Shown one piece after another: positions 15,510 through 20,000 of a stretch of 20,000 nucleotides of DNA (within the stretch, counting starts at the first letter, position 1; each line of letters opens with the position of its first letter). The stretch is from IMG/VR virus record IMGVR_UViG_3300025789_000001; one strand, written 5' to 3'. The notes below the pieces were generated by a model. It had not been told where the DNA came from. It made no database searches and worked only from the letters and a program-made list of their open reading frames with translations. The position numbers and the translations under genes are program-made. Origin of the DNA: an uncultured virus (IMG/VR IMGVR_UViG_3300025789_000001). Taxonomy: Duplodnaviria > Heunggongvirae > Uroviricota > Caudoviricetes.

Positions 15510-16841
15510 ATGGCATCACAATATACAACCAGCTTAAAAATACAAGAAATTGGTAATGGTGAACAGTCTGGCACCTGGGGATCAACCACAAATACAAACT
15601 GGACGTTAATAGAACAAGCCGTAGCTGGAGTGGCATCTATTACGATGTCCAATGCTAACTTTACATTACAGACCCTAAATGGCGTTTCTCAGTCTCCAGA
15701 TGGCAGAAGTGCAGTTTTAATAGTAACTGGAACAAATTCCGCAGTTTATCAAGTAATAACTCCATTAGTTTCAAAGACTTACATTGTATCTAATCAAACT
15801 ACAGGAGGATATGCTATTACCATTGGAGGCGCTACGGGATCGACAGTTACTATTCCAAATGGTACTACAACATTAGTTTATTGTGATGGGACAAACTTTT
15901 ATTCTGCTTTGTCTGGATCTACTGGAAACTTTATTGTAGGCGGCAATTTAACCGTTCAAGGTAATTCTTCTCTTTCTAACGCAATTTATACATATCCAGT
16001 AGCAACTAGCACTTCATCTACTATATCTGGAACTGTATTGACAATTGGTGGAACGGTAACTGGAACTTATTTTGTAGGCCAAATATTGTATGGAACAGGC
16101 ATTACATCAGGAACCTATATTACTTCTTTGGGTACTGGAACTGGACAGGCTGGAACATATAATATCAGTGTTTCTCAAACCATTTCTTCAGGACAAGCCA
16201 TCAATGGATATGCTGGTTCTTCACTAATAAATCCATATGTTTCAAACAACTTAAGTGTATATGGAGCAGCTAAAATTGGTGGTGTATTAACTGTTGCTAG
16301 TGATGCTTTGTTTACTGGTACTGGTGAAATTGCACTTCCTTCAGGAACTTCTGCCCAGAGATCTGTATTACCTAATTATGGTATGTTCCGATATAACACA
16401 ACAACCAATCAGTTTGAAGGATATAACGCTCAAGCTGGTTCTGCTATTTCCAGCATTACTTTTGTTACCACAACGGCTACTTTAACTACATCCACAAGTC
16501 ATGGACTATCTACGGGTGCTGTAGTTACTATTTCGGGGGCATCCCCAGCCGCTTATAACGGTACATTTAGTATTACAGTTACAGGAACTACAACATTTAC
16601 TTACACAATGGCTTCAAACCCAGGGGCAAATGCATCTCCAGTAGGTAGCTATACAACTGGATATTGGGGTCAAGTAGGTGGCGGGGCACAGGCTCAAGGC
16701 GTTGTCTACGAAAATGGACAGACCATTACTTCTAACTATACAATGACATCTGGAAATAATGGTGAATCTGCTGGACCAATTACGGTAGCAACAGGTATCA
16801 CAGTTACTATACCAACTGGCTCACGTTGGGTAATCGTTTAA
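15510..16841 (+). CDS. Tail fibre protein (second)
   Basis: 443 aa; N-terminal GEQSGTWGSTTNTN anchor motif; LPSGTSAQR...GMFRYN..TNQFEGY fibre motif; C-terminal SAGP...GSRWVIV. Confidence 0.8.
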   Translation: MASQYTTSLKIQEIGNGEQSGTWGSTTNTNWTLIEQAVAGVASITMSNANFTLQTLNGVSQSPDGRSAVLIVTGTNSAVYQVITPLVSKTYIVSNQTTGGYAITIGGATGSTVTIPNGTTTLVYCDGTNFYSALSGSTGNFIVGGNLTVQGNSSLSNAIYTYPVATSTSSTISGTVLTIGGTVTGTYFVGQILYGTGITSGTYITSLGTGTGQAGTYNISVSQTISSGQAINGYAGSSLINPYVSNNLSVYGAAKIGGVLTVASDALFTGTGEIALPSGTSAQRSVLPNYGMFRYNTTTNQFEGYNAQAGSAISSITFVTTTATLTTSTSHGLSTGAVVTISGASPAAYNGTFSITVTGTTTFTYTMASNPGANASPVGSYTTGYWGQVGGGAQAQGVVYENGQTITSNYTMTSGNNGESAGPITVATGITVTIPTGSRWVIV

Positions 16842-16850
16842 GGAAAAATT

Positions 16851-17240
16851 ATGGCAGGCACACTAGTCGCAAACACAATTAACACCGATACAGGTCTATT
16901 TAGCACCAATAATGCTTATGCTGGTATTGCTAAAGCATGGGTAATGTATGGGGTAAGTGGTACAACACCCACAATTACTCAATCTTTTAATGTAAGTTCA
17001 GTTACTTATGTATCTACTGGAGTTTTTACAGTTACATTTGCCACAGCCATGCCTAATGCAAATTACGCCCCAATTGCAACAGCATCAATTAATTCAGCAT
17101 CAAATTCTGTTATTTATAGTTGGCTATTTGGAAATGGGTATAACGCCCCTTCAACAACATCATTTAATATTAGTTATTTGAATCAAGGTCAAAGTTTAGA
17201 TAACCCGAAATATGCTTCTGTTGCAGTATTCAGTTCATAA
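16851..17240 (+). CDS. Small fibre-tip/receptor-binding module (AKAWV type), paralog 1
   Basis: 129 aa; MAGTLVANTI...AKAWV...SFNVSSVT...G.FTVTFATAMPNANY. Confidence 0.6.
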   Translation: MAGTLVANTINTDTGLFSTNNAYAGIAKAWVMYGVSGTTPTITQSFNVSSVTYVSTGVFTVTFATAMPNANYAPIATASINSASNSVIYSWLFGNGYNAPSTTSFNISYLNQGQSLDNPKYASVAVFSS

Positions 17241-17250
17241 AGGATAAATC

Positions 17251-17640
17251 ATGGCAGGAACAATAGTCGCAGATACAATTCAAGATGGTGCTGGTAATAG
17301 CACAGCAATGGATAATGCCATTTATGGTAGTGCAAAGGCTTGGGTTACATATAGTTTAACAACTCAAACTATATTGGCATCTTATAATGTAGGTTCAGTT
17401 ACCTATAACAGCACAGGAAATTTTACAATTAATTTTACTAATGCTTTAGCTGATGCCAATTATTGTGTTACAGCTTGTGCTACTTCTTATAACCCAAGCG
17501 ATATTAATAGAGAATTAATGATTTGTGGTTCAAACGGTTCTCCTTTTCAAAAAACAGCATCAGCATTAAGAATGATTCAAGGTTATGGTAGCAATCCTGG
17601 AAACGATGTTCAACCCGCTTGTGTAGCAGTATTCAGATAA
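17251..17640 (+). CDS. Small fibre-tip/receptor-binding module (AKAWV type), paralog 2
   Basis: 129 aa; MAGTIVADTI...AKAWV...SYNVGSVT...GNFTINFTNALADANY; clearly aligns with the previous ORF. Confidence 0.6.
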   Translation: MAGTIVADTIQDGAGNSTAMDNAIYGSAKAWVTYSLTTQTILASYNVGSVTYNSTGNFTINFTNALADANYCVTACATSYNPSDINRELMICGSNGSPFQKTASALRMIQGYGSNPGNDVQPACVAVFR

Positions 17641-17653
17641 AAAAGGAAAAAAA

Positions 17654-18058
17654 ATGACCCAAGTAATAATTTTTAAAAATGATAATGGCAATGTTTCTGT
17701 AACAACACCAACAGGTGAATTGCCTATTGGTGAAGTATTAACAAAAGATTGCCCTGCTGGTGCAATTATTGTTGATGATTCTGTATTGCCTACTGGCTCA
17801 GATGCTCAATTCTTTGATGCTTGGGAATTATCAGGCTCAACAGTAACAGTAAACTTTACTAAAGCACAAGCTATTAAACTAGCCCAATTCAATGCTGCTG
17901 CGGTTCAAGTAGCCCAAAAGCGTCAATTAAATACATTAGCTGGTATTGCTAATGCTGTATCTGATGCTGACTTTACTGCGGAACTAACGGCTGGTCGGGC
18001 AAGCATTGCATCTGCTACAACGACTGCACAACTCGTTGCAATCGCTAATCCTGTTTAA
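17654..18058 (+). CDS. Putative tail fibre assembly chaperone
   Basis: 134 aa; KDCPAG...IVDDS.LP...FFDAWE motif, located after fibre-tip genes. Confidence 0.5.
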   Translation: MTQVIIFKNDNGNVSVTTPTGELPIGEVLTKDCPAGAIIVDDSVLPTGSDAQFFDAWELSGSTVTVNFTKAQAIKLAQFNAAAVQVAQKRQLNTLAGIANAVSDADFTAELTAGRASIASATTTAQLVAIANPV

Positions 18059-18067
18059 GGAATAATT

Positions 18068-18499
18068 ATGTCAGTATCTTTATATGGTAGTGGTCAGACA
18101 GTATTGCAGGTAGTTTCGTCTACTTATACATCTTCTTTTGGAACAAGTAGCACATCTTTTGTTTCAACAGGATATTCTGCATCTATTACCCCTCAATCCA
18201 CCACAAGCAAAATTTTAGTTTTAGTTACAGGTGGCATGGTATCAACTGCATCTGGTCAAACCATGACAGGAACAATTTATAGAGGCTCTACAAATCTTGG
18301 AGATTCCACAAGAGGTTTAGTTGAATACTATGTAAGCGGAACTTTGCAAGCTCCAGCAAATATGGGAATTGTTGATTCTCCTTCAACAACTTCTTCAACT
18401 ACATATACTATTTATGCAAAAACTGGAGGCGGTACTGCAACATGGAATATTGACCCATGCGTAGGTTCTATTATATTAATTGAAATTTCAGGAAGCTAA
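18068..18499 (+). CDS. Small fibre-tip module (VLQVV type)
   Basis: 143 aa; VLQVV, SITPQSTTSKILV, DSPSTTSSTTY and LIEI motifs common in aquatic phage fibre genes. Confidence 0.6.
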   Translation: MSVSLYGSGQTVLQVVSSTYTSSFGTSSTSFVSTGYSASITPQSTTSKILVLVTGGMVSTASGQTMTGTIYRGSTNLGDSTRGLVEYYVSGTLQAPANMGIVDSPSTTSSTTYTIYAKTGGGTATWNIDPCVGSIILIEISGS

Positions 18500-18500
18500 T

Positions 18501-18749
18501 ATGGCAACAATTATTGACGCAATTTTTGCTTTAAATTCAACTATTGTTACTGTGCGTGGTAATGTCGCATACGACAAAAACGAACAAGTAGTTCAATACG
18601 ACCTAGCTGCTGCACAAGCTAAATTGGTAGAACTACAAGCTGCCGAAGCAAAAGCTGAACAAGCTGCTAAAGACGCAAAGGCTTCTGCACTAGCTAAACT
18701 AACAGCATTAGGACTAACACAAGCTGAAGTAACTGCACTTTTAGGATAA
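18501..18749 (+). CDS. Putative fibre chaperone, small helical protein
   Basis: Start reassigned to ATG 18501. 82 aa ending KASALAKLTALGLTQAEVTALLG. Confidence 0.55.
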   Translation: MATIIDAIFALNSTIVTVRGNVAYDKNEQVVQYDLAAAQAKLVELQAAEAKAEQAAKDAKASALAKLTALGLTQAEVTALLG

Positions 18750-18751
18750 CT

Positions 18752-18931
18752 ATGAACTTTACATTTACTTGGATTATGGACAAATTAGGCTATATGCCTA
18801 AGATTGATATGGAAATTGGTAAAGTGGTTGAGCCTTGGTCTTTTCCTGTGGAAAAAGAAACTATTAAAAAACAGGTAAAAAAGAAACCAACCGTACAAAA
18901 AGCTACTACCCGCAAAGCCAAAAAAGTGTAA
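18752..18931 (+). CDS. Hypothetical 59-aa protein with Lys-rich tail (absent from ORF track)
   Basis: MNFTFTWIMDKLGYMPKIDMEIGKVVEPWSFPVEKETIKKQVKKKPTVQKATTRKAKKV. SD-like TAGGA upstream; fills the gap between neighbours. Confidence 0.7.
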   Translation: MNFTFTWIMDKLGYMPKIDMEIGKVVEPWSFPVEKETIKKQVKKKPTVQKATTRKAKKV

Positions 18932-18932
18932 T

Positions 18933-19169
18933 ATGGAATGGCTAAAACAGTTAGTAACAGGAAAAGATAATAAGACCCACGATATTGCTCGTTGGTCTTG
19001 GGTTACTACTACTATTGCCACAATCATAGGTGCTGCCTGGAATGCTGTTCATGGTGGTGTTATGGATTTAATGCAATTTGCACAAGCAATAGGAATCATT
19101 TCTGGAGCACATGGAGCATCGGTAATGATGAAGCAAAACTCAGAACCTGATGCATCGGATTCAAAATGA
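18933..19169 (+). CDS. Holin-like membrane protein
   Basis: 78 aa; two hydrophobic segments and a polar C-terminus; adjacent to the spanin gene. Confidence 0.55.
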   Translation: MEWLKQLVTGKDNKTHDIARWSWVTTTIATIIGAAWNAVHGGVMDLMQFAQAIGIISGAHGASVMMKQNSEPDASDSK

Positions 19170-19573
19170 TTTATGGAAATTACATCAAAATTCTATTACT
19201 TATTGGTCTTGTATGCGGTGTGTTTTTCGCTGGCTGGCATACTAGGGATCGTGATTTTACTATTTACAAAGATCAAGTTCGCATTGCATCCGAAAAACAA
19301 CAAGCGGAAAACGAATCAATCCAGAAACAACAAGCATTAGTTACCAAAGGAATACAAGATGAATATGATGCGAAACTTAGTCTTTTGCGCCAGTATTATG
19401 CTAACGGGGTGCGGAACAACAATGGTTCCAGTCCAGTGTCCAGCATTTCCTCAACCTCCAAGCTCTCTGATGCAATCACCGCCTACAATCAACTTGCTTC
19501 AGATTGCGCAGCCACAACCCTCCAAGTAGTTACGCTCCAGCAATGGGTTAACGAACAATTAGGTATTAAATGA
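19166..19573 (+). CDS. Inner-membrane spanin (Rz-like)
   Basis: 135 aa; N-terminal TM (ILLLIGLVCGVFFAGW), coiled coil, Ser-rich linker, C-terminal helix with Cys; hosts an embedded lipoprotein ORF. Confidence 0.8.
   Translation: MIYGNYIKILLLIGLVCGVFFAGWHTRDRDFTIYKDQVRIASEKQQAENESIQKQQALVTKGIQDEYDAKLSLLRQYYANGVRNNNGSSPVSSISSTSKLSDAITAYNQLASDCAATTLQVVTLQQWVNEQLGIK
19359..19529 (+). CDS. Outer-membrane spanin (Rz1-like lipoprotein) embedded in +1 frame of Rz (absent from ORF track)
   Basis: MNMMRNLVFCASIMLTGC-GTTMVPVQCPAFPQPPSSLMQSPPTINLLQIAQPQPSK, 56 aa. SD AAAGGA at 19346-19351; lipobox LTGC with Cys codon at 19410-19412; Pro-rich mature part. Confidence 0.85.
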   Translation: MNMMRNLVFCASIMLTGCGTTMVPVQCPAFPQPPSSLMQSPPTINLLQIAQPQPSK

Positions 19574-19785
19574 GAAAAGAGCAATTAGCCGCTTGGGTTA
19601 CTTTGATTGCTACTTTTACTTTATGTGTAACGGTAGTAGCTATGGTAAGCGTGTTTATGATGGGTTTTTTTGACCCTCAAGTAGATAACAATAAGTTATT
19701 TGAAATAGTCGGACCAGCTTTTCAAACTATTGTAGGTGGCTTTATTGGATTAATTACAGGTATTAAAATAGGTTCAGACGAATGA
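19570..19785 (+). CDS. Second holin-like two-TM protein
   Basis: 71 aa; two long hydrophobic segments; ATGA-coupled to the endolysin. Confidence 0.55.
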   Translation: MRKEQLAAWVTLIATFTLCVTVVAMVSVFMMGFFDPQVDNNKLFEIVGPAFQTIVGGFIGLITGIKIGSDE

Positions 19786-20000
19786 AACCAGAACAATTAA
19801 CACAGCTTGGTATTGATGCGGCCAAATGGTATACGCCATTAATAGATATGTTTGCTCGCTACAACATTAATACCGTTCAACGCCAAGCATCTTTTATAGG
19901 ACAGTGCCAACATGAGTCAAACAATTTCAGAACTTTGGAAGAGAACCTTCATTACTCTGCCGATGGACTTATGCGTACATGGCCCTCAAGATTTCCTAGT
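19782..20000 (+). CDS. Endolysin, glycoside hydrolase family 19 (3'-truncated; absent from ORF track)
   Basis: MKPEQLTQLGIDAAKWYTPLIDMFARYNINTVQRQASFIGQCQHESNNFRTLEENLHYSADGLMRTWPSRF... The F.GQ..HES...LEENL.YS pattern is the phage GH19 catalytic motif. Confidence 0.85.
   Translation, partial: MKPEQLTQLGIDAAKWYTPLIDMFARYNINTVQRQASFIGQCQHESNNFRTLEENLHYSADGLMRTWPSRFPS

Noticed and set aside
16851..17640. DGR template/variable repeat or invertible shufflon behind the paralogous tip genes
   Set aside because: The paralogs are diverged throughout rather than only at adenines, are both on the same strand, and no reverse transcriptase, invertase or inverted repeats are visible in the window.
768..19027. 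Alternative-frame and minus-strand ORFs in the track (e.g. 768-1010, 877-1125, 2563-2901, 8466-8780, 11432-11755, 18785-19027)
   Set aside because: They overlap well-supported + strand genes, lack SD sites and look like shadow translations of biased codon usage.
1..20000. Stop-codon reassignment, tRNA genes, integrase or other mobile elements
   Set aside because: Genes tile the window under the standard code, using TAA, TAG and TGA as stops. No cloverleaf, recombinase or transposase signature was seen.

Overview
This is a gene-dense segment of a tailed dsDNA bacteriophage, with all credible genes on the + strand. It is probably podovirus-like and resembles uncultured aquatic Caudoviricetes; the spanin pair implies a Gram-negative host. 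It covers the virion morphogenesis region in this order: a pre-capsid conserved protein, a putative capsid decoration protein, a Mu-gpT-like major capsid protein, two intrinsic terminators, a large multidomain virion protein, a cluster of small basic Lys/His/Met-rich proteins, two putative head-tail adaptor proteins, a tail-fibre module, and a lysis cassette (two holin-like genes, Rz with an unannotated embedded Rz1 lipoprotein, and a GH19 endolysin truncated at the edge). Three signals stand out. (1) A compact doubly pseudoknotted RNA sits between a promoter and the RBS of the gene after the capsid, and is a candidate Mu-gpT-DE-type element. (2) A recurring hydrophobic-x-x-Gly-Gly motif and a shared R-G-x-G tail divide the small basic and His-rich proteins into segments, suggesting a signal-based cleavage or packaging system for capsid cargo. 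(3) Small beta-rich modules are inserted into most structural proteins, including nested insertions in the 855-aa protein. All family assignments come from motif recognition, not database searches.
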